A stretch of DNA of 64,000 nt, from sequence record MZ443783.1; one strand, given 5' to 3'. The notes below the pieces were generated by a model. The model worked only from the letters and a program-made list of their open reading frames with translations. It had not been told where the DNA came from and searched no databases. A program made the translations under genes and the position numbers. This document shows, piece after piece, positions 6,840-16,783 of this stretch (the stretch's first letter is position 1; each line of letters begins with the position of its first letter).

Positions 6840-9716
6840 TTACTCGATCTCACTTGGTTCCCAGCACAGAATAGGACGGCGCCATACTTGGAACACACCG
6901 ATAGGGTTAGAACGGAAGTCATCAATGTACGCATCGAAAGTACGACCGCCACTGTTACCGCTTTTCATCAGTGTCCGTAAGTCCTGATACCAAGAAGCAC
7001 GTCCACCTGAGTCTGCTTCGAACAGTCCTTCCCACACCATATCAAAAGCGCCATTCCATGCGTTGAAGTGATGAGAAGAATATGCACCATCACCAACAGA
7101 ACACAGCACCATGTACTGGTAGTCTTTCACGCACGGAATCATGTAGTCATTACCGCGTGGAATAGCCGTGCCATTGTTGTTGAAGATACACTCCCAACCA
7201 GTACGGTCTGCGGCGCCCGTGGTCAAGAACAGAGGACGACGAATGATCATCATAATCCCGTTCGCCCAGCCGTCATTGCTTGACTTCTCGCAGTACGCAT
7301 TGCAGCGTAACGCACGGTCTACCGTAAACGTGGTAGAGTTTGAGAAGTCGCGGCAGTAATAGTTCGAACCCCACTTAGGTAGATACTCTGCTGGCGGCAC
7401 GAAGAAGTGACGTTCAGCCAATTCAACTTCACCGTAAGCATCATACGCAAACACGATGTACTCGAAGCCTGCTTCAATCTGAATGTTATGGCCCTGTGAG
7501 CCATAGCCACTCCACTTCCACACAACCTGCCAATCGTTTGTGTCTCGCTCAGGCATTTCCGTGATGAGCTGATACGGACGCTCGTACACATGCCACACCT
7601 TCCCTTCTTCTGTCGTGTTGATGTACAGAGAGTTAGGGTCGTTGATGTTACCGTTAGACGTACCACAGTAAACTTTATGCGATGCACCAGCAGTGTTGTA
7701 GATAGTGCCTGAGCCGATACCTGCGAACATATCCCAGTTCATCATCAGGTGCGATGTACACATTTCGTTCTGGCCTGCACCATCAGATGTTGAGAGCAGA
7801 TACTCATTGAGGTCTTTGAACGCATAGCGCACATAGTTCGAACCAGCACGGTTAACGCGGTGTACCCAGTCATGCGATTGAACTTTCGGCACAGGGAAGC
7901 ATGGGTTAGTGACAGACACGACGAAGTTTTTAGTTTCGTACATCGGCAGTTTCTTGAAGCGGTTATCACGAATCGTTACCGTGTGCTTCATGCCATATGT
8001 TTGCGCACCGTCCATACCGCCTAACACTTTATAGTACGACTCATGCGCACTCTTGGTGTTTTCGTACAGACTAGTGATGCCAAGACCAACGTTGCCGTCA
8101 CGGTCAGTGCCGCAGCAGAAGGGCACGTTACCTGAATCGAAGTCAAAGCCAACAGAGTAATAGCTGTCAGGTGAACTTGATTTAGGGCCCCAGTAGAGTT
8201 CGGTGTAAGCAGAACCTTCACCGATACCTGGCTCACCGAACACGCAGTATGCAGCACGATACACATACTGACTACCCTGGAACACACGGCGTGATGCACC
8301 AATGCGATACATAGCAGCAGGAAGACCGCCCTGAACACGGTTAACGTCAGCCGTATCATACGACACAACGAAGACATAACAGTCGGTGCCGATTGAGTTG
8401 AGAAACGCAGCACAGGCAGCAGCGTTAGTTGTACCTGGAGCTGTACCTTCGGCCGATGCGTGAATGTCAAACGAGCGGCGCTCAAGCAACGCAAGGTCAG
8501 ACTTACGAATCTTATAGACGTTCAGGCCACGCGTATCTCGGTACGTCACACCATTATAGACAGTGTAGCCATAGTCACCAGTGTCTAGGTAACGCTGATA
8601 ACCAACTACGTGCGAGAACAGTTTACTACGTGCTTGCAGCGACTGACCATTCTGATTCGACCAACTAACCGATACATCACCAGCAGCCATACGTGCTGCC
8701 CAGTCATCAGGCTTGTATGGATATGTGGTAACATCGAAGTTCACACCGTACGCGGAGCCTGGTTCTACGCAGCATGGATTACGATAGATGATTGGTGGAT
8801 CAATCACTATGTCATCAGGGATATCGACTTGACCGCAGTACAGTTGCTTCCACGTACCAGGCTGACCTCCGAGCGAACTAGGTCCAGCAGCAGGTGTTGT
8901 GTTGAACTGATAAATAGCAGACGTGCGATAGTTAATCTGGTTGTGGAGCTGAGGAACGTTCGTCCACGCAATGTGATTACCGAACGAGTTAATGCTTTTG
9001 TCGTGTGCGGCAGGAGTCGAGACAATATAAGCCTGACCGTTACTGCGAATGCCAAGTGGGTTGAAGATAGCGTTGAAGTTAACGTTACCCTCGTAGGCAT
9101 TCTTCTGCAATACAATCAGGTGAACTCCGTTACGGTGCGCCTCACGTAAAGCAGTAAGCATCGCCGTAGGCATACTCTGGTTAGTCGCAGACAACAGCAG
9201 CATGACACAACTGAACTGTTTGAAGTAGCGATAGTCACCGTTGTAGCCATAAGCGCCTGCGTTAATCTCTTGCCAGCTATGCGCCAACATATCGAGAGGC
9301 ATACGCTGCATGTAACCAACGAGCTGGCCCCATGATTCCATTGCCGAGTCGTCGTTGACAGGAGCAAGGTCGGAGATGACCAACATCGTACTGCCGTTTG
9401 TAATGTTTGCGTTGAAGCCACGCTGGGTCAGCAAATGGCGAAACACACCCATGTTGTTGATGGACTTGTTTCGGTAGTTGCCCATCCAGCCGTAGTTAGA
9501 ATCTACAAGAGGGCTACCGTCTCGAACAAATCGACCATTCATATAAACAGAGGCAAAGCCGCAGACGTATGCTTGCGCGTGTCCGTCCACTACGAACGAA
9601 GTAAAGCGGGAAGCATCTACCGCCATAGCATTAACAGCAGCCTCAGAGCCATTGCCGGGACTACCACTAAACACAGGAGTGATGCCTCGTGCGTACAGGC
9701 AACTTTGTTGCAGCAT
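6840..9716 (-). CDS. Large fibre/adhesin-like virion protein with an ILEI/PANDER-like domain (958 aa)
   Basis: RGLNVYKI...RSFDIH...FLNSI...VFVVSYD...IGA...YRAAYCVFGEPG matches the ILEI pattern; AAGGA SD. Confidence 0.7.
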   Translation of the reverse strand: MLQQSCLYARGITPVFSGSPGNGSEAAVNAMAVDASRFTSFVVDGHAQAYVCGFASVYMNGRFVRDGSPLVDSNYGWMGNYRNKSINNMGVFRHLLTQRGFNANITNGSTMLVISDLAPVNDDSAMESWGQLVGYMQRMPLDMLAHSWQEINAGAYGYNGDYRYFKQFSCVMLLLSATNQSMPTAMLTALREAHRNGVHLIVLQKNAYEGNVNFNAIFNPLGIRSNGQAYIVSTPAAHDKSINSFGNHIAWTNVPQLHNQINYRTSAIYQFNTTPAAGPSSLGGQPGTWKQLYCGQVDIPDDIVIDPPIIYRNPCCVEPGSAYGVNFDVTTYPYKPDDWAARMAAGDVSVSWSNQNGQSLQARSKLFSHVVGYQRYLDTGDYGYTVYNGVTYRDTRGLNVYKIRKSDLALLERRSFDIHASAEGTAPGTTNAAACAAFLNSIGTDCYVFVVSYDTADVNRVQGGLPAAMYRIGASRRVFQGSQYVYRAAYCVFGEPGIGEGSAYTELYWGPKSSSPDSYYSVGFDFDSGNVPFCCGTDRDGNVGLGITSLYENTKSAHESYYKVLGGMDGAQTYGMKHTVTIRDNRFKKLPMYETKNFVVSVTNPCFPVPKVQSHDWVHRVNRAGSNYVRYAFKDLNEYLLSTSDGAGQNEMCTSHLMMNWDMFAGIGSGTIYNTAGASHKVYCGTSNGNINDPNSLYINTTEEGKVWHVYERPYQLITEMPERDTNDWQVVWKWSGYGSQGHNIQIEAGFEYIVFAYDAYGEVELAERHFFVPPAEYLPKWGSNYYCRDFSNSTTFTVDRALRCNAYCEKSSNDGWANGIMMIIRRPLFLTTGAADRTGWECIFNNNGTAIPRGNDYMIPCVKDYQYMVLCSVGDGAYSSHHFNAWNGAFDMVWEGLFEADSGGRASWYQDLRTLMKSGNSGGRTFDAYIDDFRSNPIGVFQVWRRPILCWEPSEIE

Positions 9717-9736
9717 GTTATGTCCTTAAGATCGGC

Positions 9737-9761
9737 AAGAGGGGCCGAAGCCCCTTCTTTT
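9737..9761. terminator. GC hairpin with UUCG tetraloop; possible terminator or processing site
   Basis: Minus strand GGGGC-TTCG-GCCCC; T-rich flanks (stronger on the plus strand). Confidence 0.55.
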
Positions 9762-11778
9762 AGTCGAATACTACGTTTGTGATTGCGATGTAGTCCATGT
9801 TGATACCATCACCCCTATCCCAACCAGACGACACGTACAGCCAAATCTCTTGACCGACAGGTACGTCTACGTTTATCGTGTAGGTCTGAATTGCGGTGGT
9901 ATTCAGTGGATGGAAGACATTGTTCGGCGCAGTGCGCTCGTACCAATCAAGGCCACTGTGCCATGAACCCTGTTTACCTGAGTAGCGAATATCAATAGTG
10001 ATTTGAGTAATGCGGCGCGTGAAGAAGTTGTTCCATTTGAACCAACCTTTCGAGCCACCCCAAAGAACACCATAATCACCATCAGGCGAACGTACCTGCG
10101 ACCAGAAGTCACCAAAGCCACGACCACCAGTATGTTCAATCTGATAGCAGTACCAAGGGAAACTATCTGCAACAGGAGGTTGTGCGTTGTCGCCTTCAAT
10201 CGTCACGCAACGATAAGGAACCGTGAAGTCACTAACGTTGATATGTGGCGGCTGAATAGGACAGTACACATAGTACGACCAATCACATCCGATAGGTGCA
10301 GTCACGCGTACAGTGATGTTGGCGCGAAGCACATGCTCAGGGTATTTCCAAAATTCGAGTGTACCAGTTTTCCCAGCTACAACGATTGACGTATCGAGCA
10401 GGTTCATGTTCTGGTCAAACACTTCAAACTTCGTATCAAACGAATTGGCTACACAAACAATAAGCTGTGCGCGAATGTCCGTTTGAGTTCCTAATGCAAA
10501 ATTATCTTCTGTAGTTGGATGCCCGGCAGAGTACACGCTATAACTCTGACATGGGTGCATAAACTCACGCGCACCACGTTCACCAGGACAGTACAGGCTG
10601 TAGAAACAGCTCGCAAGTGATGCAGCGTTACCGAAGTCCTTGCTAACCACACGCACCATGATATCACACGCAACACCTTTCGGGTCGAAGTAGAAGTACA
10701 GGTAACCTTCTCCTGTCTGTGCGTCAAGTGTTGTTGCGATACGTCTGCCGGATTGATAGACCTCGATGAAGTCGAAGGTCTCCCATGACGTGTAATCGAG
10801 ATACATCCAGCCAGCTACCCAACCGATGAAGTGATAATACTCAAACGCGTTCGAGTTCTGAATGCGTTCTGTAATAGGCCAGACAGTTGCATGACACGGT
10901 GCAGGGAAGATAGGGCTGCCGATATAATCGGGGTGAATGACGTCAGGGAAGTTGATAACGTCATACGCTGCCTGACTATCGAGAGCCAAACCACCACGGT
11001 CAGAAGGTGCTGCAAGACGAGGCGGATAGACTTCTAAGCTCCAGCTATAACCTTGCGTAGTACGCACACGCACCATGATACGCATATCAGCAGCGTCAGG
11101 GTCGAACTGGAACTTGATACGCGAACGACCAACAACCTTACCGCATGTCGAAGCAACACGCACACCCATGTGGTACACGTCAACGCTTGCACCAGCAGGA
11201 GCATACGATGCAATCATCAGCTCCACGTAGCCTTCAACAGCAGGCATTGCGTAGATTGTTTCAGTGATTGTTGCACCACGACCATGAGTGGACGCATACG
11301 GTACGTTAGGGTTAGCATATGTACCAAGCCCTGAACGCGAGGCCACGCCGACAGGGTCGTAGGTCTCAATAGTCTTAATACCAGGGCGATTGATAGATCG
11401 TCCAGTAGGTGGAGCAAATGAGTTAACAAGGCCGAAGCCAGTACGCCCAGCATCAGGCAAATCAAAGCCAGCAGGATAGCCTTTAAGAATATCATACTTC
11501 TCACGACCACCTGAGCCGATGCCATTACCAGAGCCTTTAGTTGTCGATGTAGGACCGCCGCCACACGCACCAGTTTCGAGATTCGAACAAGGGTCATCGT
11601 AAGTGGGATCGAACGAGTCATCAATTAGATGCCAGCGTTGACCCCACTGATTTCTGACGCTGAACTTCTCAGGAGTAAGAGGAGTCCAGTCACCTTCTTG
11701 TGTGCGTATGAACATAGGCGTGTCAACACAATCGTGCCAACCGTTATTCGCAGCATTACGAACGCGAAAACGTGCCAC
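9760..11778 (-). CDS. Virion protein with three tandem ~100-aa beta-sandwich repeats (672 aa)
   Basis: Three units, each ending I(M/T)VRV...(W/F)S/Y..Y(P/C)P; AGGAG SD. Confidence 0.75.
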   Translation of the reverse strand: MARFRVRNAANNGWHDCVDTPMFIRTQEGDWTPLTPEKFSVRNQWGQRWHLIDDSFDPTYDDPCSNLETGACGGGPTSTTKGSGNGIGSGGREKYDILKGYPAGFDLPDAGRTGFGLVNSFAPPTGRSINRPGIKTIETYDPVGVASRSGLGTYANPNVPYASTHGRGATITETIYAMPAVEGYVELMIASYAPAGASVDVYHMGVRVASTCGKVVGRSRIKFQFDPDAADMRIMVRVRTTQGYSWSLEVYPPRLAAPSDRGGLALDSQAAYDVINFPDVIHPDYIGSPIFPAPCHATVWPITERIQNSNAFEYYHFIGWVAGWMYLDYTSWETFDFIEVYQSGRRIATTLDAQTGEGYLYFYFDPKGVACDIMVRVVSKDFGNAASLASCFYSLYCPGERGAREFMHPCQSYSVYSAGHPTTEDNFALGTQTDIRAQLIVCVANSFDTKFEVFDQNMNLLDTSIVVAGKTGTLEFWKYPEHVLRANITVRVTAPIGCDWSYYVYCPIQPPHINVSDFTVPYRCVTIEGDNAQPPVADSFPWYCYQIEHTGGRGFGDFWSQVRSPDGDYGVLWGGSKGWFKWNNFFTRRITQITIDIRYSGKQGSWHSGLDWYERTAPNNVFHPLNTTAIQTYTINVDVPVGQEIWLYVSSGWDRGDGINMDYIAITNVVFD

Positions 11779-11787
11779 ATGTTCTCC

Positions 11788-12279
11788 TTATGGGCGAACC
11801 CAAATAGCTCCTGGAGCTACTTCGTTGTCTATAGCAGGGTCAGTGTCTTGAACAAACACCTGTACTGCACCAGGATTACCGGGAGCACCCGTTGCGCCAG
11901 TAGGACCAGTTGGACCAGCAGGACCACGATTACCCACATAACCCTGTTTACCCATCTGACCATCAGAACCACGAGGACCTGGGCAACCGTCAGTACCGCG
12001 ACGACCATCGTTACCCATGAGACCGTCGATACCGTCACGACCAGAAGGACCAACGCCACCAGCAGGGCCATAGCCTATGCTGTGAATGGTAGGCAGTCCA
12101 GCAATCTGCAACTTACCAATCGACGGTATATTCAGAGCAAGCACACCCGTCAGAGCATCAAACGAACCGTTGAGTGTGCTGTCATCTTCGGCAGTGTCTA
12201 CTGTCAGACCGCCTTGAGTCGCTACGACAGGACCAGATGCGTTGGTCTTGACTAGCGCTATATCAACTTTTTCTACCAT
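11788..12279 (-). CDS. Collagen-like fibre protein (163 aa)
   Basis: G-X-Y run including GTDGCPGPRG; FDALTGVLAL...GLPT N-terminal motif; C-terminal GAIWVRP. Confidence 0.85.
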   Translation of the reverse strand: MVEKVDIALVKTNASGPVVATQGGLTVDTAEDDSTLNGSFDALTGVLALNIPSIGKLQIAGLPTIHSIGYGPAGGVGPSGRDGIDGLMGNDGRRGTDGCPGPRGSDGQMGKQGYVGNRGPAGPTGPTGATGAPGNPGAVQVFVQDTDPAIDNEVAPGAIWVRP

Positions 12280-12288
12280 GATTACTCC

Positions 12289-12921
12289 TTACGGCCAGGT
12301 AGTGCCTTGATCTTTTGTCGGGTCAACCCAGATTGTTCCAGCAGCAACTGCGCCCGGCTGGGTAGCACTCACAATGATAGACAGACGACCAGCAGGACCC
12401 GCTGCACCAGTAGGACCTGTAGGACCTGTAGCGCCAGTCTTACCAGTAGGGCCTGTGCCACCACGAGGACCAGTAGGCCCTGTAGGCCCCATAGGACCTG
12501 TGCGACCGTCTGGGCCAGTAGGACCAACAGGTCCAGGCAGACCATCACGTCCATCTGGACCTGGAATACCCTGTTCCCCGTCAGGACCTATCTCACCGTC
12601 ACAGCCCTGTTCACCAGGATTACCGTCACGCCCATCACGACCGTCTTTGCCGTCTGCACCAGTTTCACCACGACCACCCTGACGACCTTCTGGTATGTCA
12701 GCAGCAGTAGGGAAACCATTGACCTTAACAGTCTGGCCATTAGCAAACTTGAGCGTTAGAATACCGCTGGTGGCATCGAACGACGAGTCGGCAGTAAGCT
12801 CGGACGGCACGTCTGCATCAGAAGGATTGATAGTCAGCGTACCGCGCGAAGCTCTGATTGGAGTGGGCGTAGAGGACGAACCAGCTTGAATGAGGCCCGT
12901 GTTTACTTTAATCAGACCCAT
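12289..12921 (-). CDS. Collagen-like fibre protein (210 aa)
   Basis: Long G-X-Y run including GEQGCDG; C-terminal [17 protein letters not shown]. Confidence 0.85.
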   Translation of the reverse strand: MGLIKVNTGLIQAGSSSTPTPIRASRGTLTINPSDADVPSELTADSSFDATSGILTLKFANGQTVKVNGFPTAADIPEGRQGGRGETGADGKDGRDGRDGNPGEQGCDGEIGPDGEQGIPGPDGRDGLPGPVGPTGPDGRTGPMGPTGPTGPRGGTGPTGKTGATGPTGPTGAAGPAGRLSIIVSATQPGAVAAGTIWVDPTKDQGTTWP

Positions 12922-14363
12922 TACGTTTTCTCCGCTTTAGCAACGATATCCGTATTGTGCACCAACACATCTCCTACGAAGTAACAGTCAAACGGGTCAA
13001 CGTCTATATCAACCGTCTGCACCTGCTCATCGACACGAACAAATTCAGATACAGCGATAGGTCCTTTACGGCCTAAGACAGTTTGACCCATACGAACATC
13101 ACGCGCAGGAACATAGCGCCATACGGACTCATCATAAATCAATACTGGATGTTCGTGAGTGAACTTCTGACCGTTGATCACATAGTAATGATCTTCTTGG
13201 CCGAGCTTCAACGCTTTCACCGTAGCGTACACGGTGTTGCCTTTGAGACTAGGCGAAGACCAATTACGAAACTCCTTAGGCTGGTTCGAGTAACCAAGCA
13301 GCGCATCGCCGACACGCAAGTTCTCTACAGCTTTAGGACCAACGATAGTGTTCACGGTACTGCCAAACACGATACAGCCAGATGTTGCAGTGTTGATAGG
13401 GTTACGTGCTACGACAGTCAAAGCAGAACGCACCGTAACAGTCGGACGTGAAGGTTGACCCATATCAGTTACGAGACAGCTAATGGTGCCTTTGATTGTA
13501 CGATCGGCACCTAAGCCTAAACGCAGATAGAAGTTAACAATGCAGGTGTTTGTCTCGACAGCATCAAGAGTCACACCTTCTGTGGTTGTGATAGTCCATT
13601 TATACTTATACGGACCAACGCCACCACGAGCATTGACAGGCAGATACGCCAGCGACGTAAACACGTCAGAGCCTTGCACTGTACGTTGACCTACCATGTA
13701 CAGATTGGACACTGACGCAGCAAGAGGTGTGATTGTAGGCAGAGGCGGAGCAGGAGTAACGTTGGCTGTAGGGTACAACCAAACGAACACTTTACCGTCT
13801 GTAGGCTGTGTGTTAGATAGCACGGCTGTAGTGATAGGCGCTGGACCAGTAGCACCAGTAGCACCCGCAATACAGCTAGGACCATCATTACCGCGAGGAC
13901 CGATAGGGCCAGTAGGACCAGTCGCGCCGTCAGGACCAGTAGGACCATCAGGACCTTGACGCCCGGTGTCTCCGGGAGGACCGTCTTCACCGTCACGCCC
14001 AGGGTCACCTACAGGACCAGTCTTACCTCTATTGCCTACACCGCCCGGACAACCTTGTTTGCCGGTCTCACCATCACGCCCGTCACGACCATCTCGACCA
14101 GGAGAACCTGGAGCGCCTCGACGCCCAGGTTTACCTTCGCCAAACATCGCAACAGTGGGCAACCCAGGGATGTTCACCACATCCCCGTTCTGCTTGATGA
14201 ATACCAACACACCTGTCTTGCTGTTAAATCTTACGCTGGCGAGCTGTGTTAATGTTGCCACATCGGAGTTTTCAAACTTAGCCACTCCGTCAACACCAAT
14301 CAATGATTTACCTTCATCGTTCGGTGTTGTTTCGACTTGCGAAAGTTTTAACTGTGTTGTCAT
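12921..14363 (-). CDS. Collagen-like fibre protein with C-terminal Hint (intein-like) domain (480 aa)
   Basis: G-X-Y run, then an Ig-like segment, then CIVFGS...THEHP...VDIDV...VLVHN|T. Confidence 0.85.
   Translation of the reverse strand: MTTQLKLSQVETTPNDEGKSLIGVDGVAKFENSDVATLTQLASVRFNSKTGVLVFIKQNGDVVNIPGLPTVAMFGEGKPGRRGAPGSPGRDGRDGRDGETGKQGCPGGVGNRGKTGPVGDPGRDGEDGPPGDTGRQGPDGPTGPDGATGPTGPIGPRGNDGPSCIAGATGATGPAPITTAVLSNTQPTDGKVFVWLYPTANVTPAPPLPTITPLAASVSNLYMVGQRTVQGSDVFTSLAYLPVNARGGVGPYKYKWTITTTEGVTLDAVETNTCIVNFYLRLGLGADRTIKGTISCLVTDMGQPSRPTVTVRSALTVVARNPINTATSGCIVFGSTVNTIVGPKAVENLRVGDALLGYSNQPKEFRNWSSPSLKGNTVYATVKALKLGQEDHYYVINGQKFTHEHPVLIYDESVWRYVPARDVRMGQTVLGRKGPIAVSEFVRVDEQVQTVDIDVDPFDCYFVGDVLVHNTDIVAKAEKT
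12954..13376 (-). other. Hint/mini-intein-like domain (141 aa, no homing endonuclease)
   Basis: Cys1, block B TxxH (THEH), block F and terminal His-Asn followed by Thr are all present. Confidence 0.85.
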
Positions 14364-16702
14364 TTCGGTTCAACCTTAATGCACAAGTTACCAGTCAGCT
14401 TCGAACCATAGCTAGTGATCTGCGAATCAACGATACGCACCTTAGCGACGATATCAATGAAGCCTTGTGGTTGGTTCTCTTTCAGCACCGTGAACATCTG
14501 CGTCAGGCTCACGTTCGAATACGCAATCACTTCTGTTAGACTCGTATCAGAGGTAACTACGTTGAAGCCTGCGCTACCAGTACCTTTGAGGCCACGGCCA
14601 TATTCAGCTTCGGACACGCCAGGCATCTTAAACGACAGGACGTATTCGATATGCTCTTTGCCACTTGTAGCAGCAAAGCCTGGACCAAGTTGACACTGGA
14701 AGTCAGCGATGCACGTCAGGAACACACCCTTAGAGAAGTCGATACGTTGAACGATGGTCAGTTCTTCGGAGTCTTCGACGTTCTGTTGGATGTTGTACAT
14801 GTTCTTAGGGTCAGCTTCTTCGGCCAGTGCCTGTGTATTGCTGATCGTAATCTCTGGCCATGTGCCTTTGATAACGATACCTTCACCCTGAATGATTGAA
14901 GGAGCAGCGATAGGTACGTCGATCGGAGGCAGACCTTGACGCTTGAACATGTAACCTGTTGGCGTAGGAATAGCGTCGATGATAACACCATCAACTGAGC
15001 TATCTTTTGAACCTACAGCCATGACGTTCTCGAAGATTGTTATCTCAACGAGTGTATCGGCAGGTACCTGCGAAGTTGTTTTCAGTACATTGCCAGCTAC
15101 CGTGAAGTCAAGCGGATGAACGGTCAGACCGCCCATTGCCATTACGCAGTGCGCTTTATTCAGTGGTGTAGTTGGCAGAACAAATGTATCAGCATCATAA
15201 GGCAGGCGATACTGAGCAACACGAATACGAGTAGACCAGTTGGCGCGTTCTTCATAGCGAGCCACGTAGAATGAATACTTCTGACCAGATGGAATTGCTT
15301 CGGTCAGCGTTACCTTGTTACCAGCATTGAGCTTATAGACCGTCGTTGGCTGCCAGGTAGAACCGACAACGCAGAAGATCATGTCAACACTATCAATCGG
15401 CTTGTTGCCGAGAGTGAACGTAGTAGTCTGGCCGTCACCTGTGCCTTCGTATGTATCGAACAACACCACATGGCCCTGCGACGGTTCAATGCGGAACTGT
15501 CTGAGGTCAAGCGTCATACGCTGTTCAGGATAGGACGAAAGCAGAAGCTGATCATCAACAACGCTGTATGCAACACGAGGCTGCAAGACACCTGACGTAC
15601 CTACCAGAAGGTCAGTAGAGCTATCAAGAATCTCGGACAGCGTGTAGCGCATCTTATCAGGAGTTGCTGTAGTCACGACAGAACTAAACAGCATCTTGCC
15701 TGGAGGTACGAACAACGTTGCCATTGTCTGACGAGAGCTACCACCAACAGGCGCCCAATAAGGCTTCGCGTCTTTACCACGCATCAATGCCCAGGATTCA
15801 GGCACGTCATTGTTGTCAGGCCAAGGTAGACCAGCAGTAGGCGTAGTCGGGTTAGTGATTCGACGCCATACAGCAATCGTTGTCTGGGCAGATACGAATG
15901 GAATCGCACCGTCTTGGTTAACAAGCTGTCCGCCTGTGAACTTGAAGTGACGACACGCACCAGCGCCTGTACCTGAGATTGTTTGAATAAGCACAATCTC
16001 ATTCGCTTTCAACACGGTAGACAGCGAAGCAATCTTGAACGTGTTAGCGTTAATGAATCCAGACGAGGTAATCTGACCACTGAACACGCGGTCATGCTCG
16101 CTGAATGCCCAGTAGTAGGAGCCTGCTCCATAACGATACGCAGTGCCTGGAGAGCGCGAGCCATCAGAGTTAACGTGCATGTCGAGTACAGACACGGCAT
16201 TAAACACGTTGTCGCTCAAGCTCGGCAGATTTTCAAGCGTGGCCACACTCGGAATAGAAGTGTAGTCGGCCATCTTAACAGCAAGAATCTTTTGAATGTC
16301 CTGCTGAATATGAACGAGTAAGCTCACACGGCTGATACTGTTAGGTACAGCGATGATAGGCTCTTGCAGGACAATGTGACCAAACGGTCTATTGTCAGAA
16401 AGCATAATCAGTATTTCACCGACACGCTTTAACTGCTCCCCAGCGGCGTAGCTGAGTTTTATGTCAAAGATAAAGCGAGCGCTGTTCTCGGTAAGAACCT
16501 GAACATATGACAATGCGCCCGACGCAAGCTCGTTGCCAAGTAACTGCTCTGGAACCACTGCTGGGTTAGAGCCTACAAAGTCACCTGCTTTAAACGACAC
16601 TGGCTGAACAGCGAGTCCGCCAGAGTTAGCGTTCGCAACGGCCTGTTCTCCCTGAGGCGTTAGACGCAAAGCGTCAACGTAGATAGATTCAGTGGCCATC
16701 AA
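14360..16702 (-). CDS. Tail fibre/baseplate-attachment protein (780 aa)
   Basis: N-terminal 'LTPQGEQAVANA...F.AGD' tail-collar-type domain; GDGQTTTFTL-type repeats. Confidence 0.7.
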   Translation of the reverse strand: MMATESIYVDALRLTPQGEQAVANANSGGLAVQPVSFKAGDFVGSNPAVVPEQLLGNELASGALSYVQVLTENSARFIFDIKLSYAAGEQLKRVGEILIMLSDNRPFGHIVLQEPIIAVPNSISRVSLLVHIQQDIQKILAVKMADYTSIPSVATLENLPSLSDNVFNAVSVLDMHVNSDGSRSPGTAYRYGAGSYYWAFSEHDRVFSGQITSSGFINANTFKIASLSTVLKANEIVLIQTISGTGAGACRHFKFTGGQLVNQDGAIPFVSAQTTIAVWRRITNPTTPTAGLPWPDNNDVPESWALMRGKDAKPYWAPVGGSSRQTMATLFVPPGKMLFSSVVTTATPDKMRYTLSEILDSSTDLLVGTSGVLQPRVAYSVVDDQLLLSSYPEQRMTLDLRQFRIEPSQGHVVLFDTYEGTGDGQTTTFTLGNKPIDSVDMIFCVVGSTWQPTTVYKLNAGNKVTLTEAIPSGQKYSFYVARYEERANWSTRIRVAQYRLPYDADTFVLPTTPLNKAHCVMAMGGLTVHPLDFTVAGNVLKTTSQVPADTLVEITIFENVMAVGSKDSSVDGVIIDAIPTPTGYMFKRQGLPPIDVPIAAPSIIQGEGIVIKGTWPEITISNTQALAEEADPKNMYNIQQNVEDSEELTIVQRIDFSKGVFLTCIADFQCQLGPGFAATSGKEHIEYVLSFKMPGVSEAEYGRGLKGTGSAGFNVVTSDTSLTEVIAYSNVSLTQMFTVLKENQPQGFIDIVAKVRIVDSQITSYGSKLTGNLCIKVEPK

Positions 16703-16728
16703 AGAACTCCTTGGGTTTTAACTCATCT

Positions 16729-16736
16729 AAATTAGC
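16729..16736 (-). promoter_or_regulatory. Putative late promoter motif GCTAATTT
   Basis: Lies between a terminator and the 16702 start (27 nt upstream). Confidence 0.55.
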
Positions 16737-16743
16737 GTAAATG

Positions 16744-16780
16744 AAAAAGGGAGCCGGAACATGTGCTCCAGACTCCCTTT
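16744..16780 (-). terminator. Intrinsic terminator
   Basis: Minus strand GGGAGTC.GGA...TCC.GGCTCCC followed by TTTTT, after the stop of 16784-21319. Confidence 0.75.
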
Positions 16781-16783
16781 ATT

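Noticed and set aside
6008-14379. Pro/Val-rich antisense ORFs over the collagen genes (e.g. 6066-6425, 12374-12682, 13966-14379)
   Set aside because: Reverse-frame translations of G-X-Y codons
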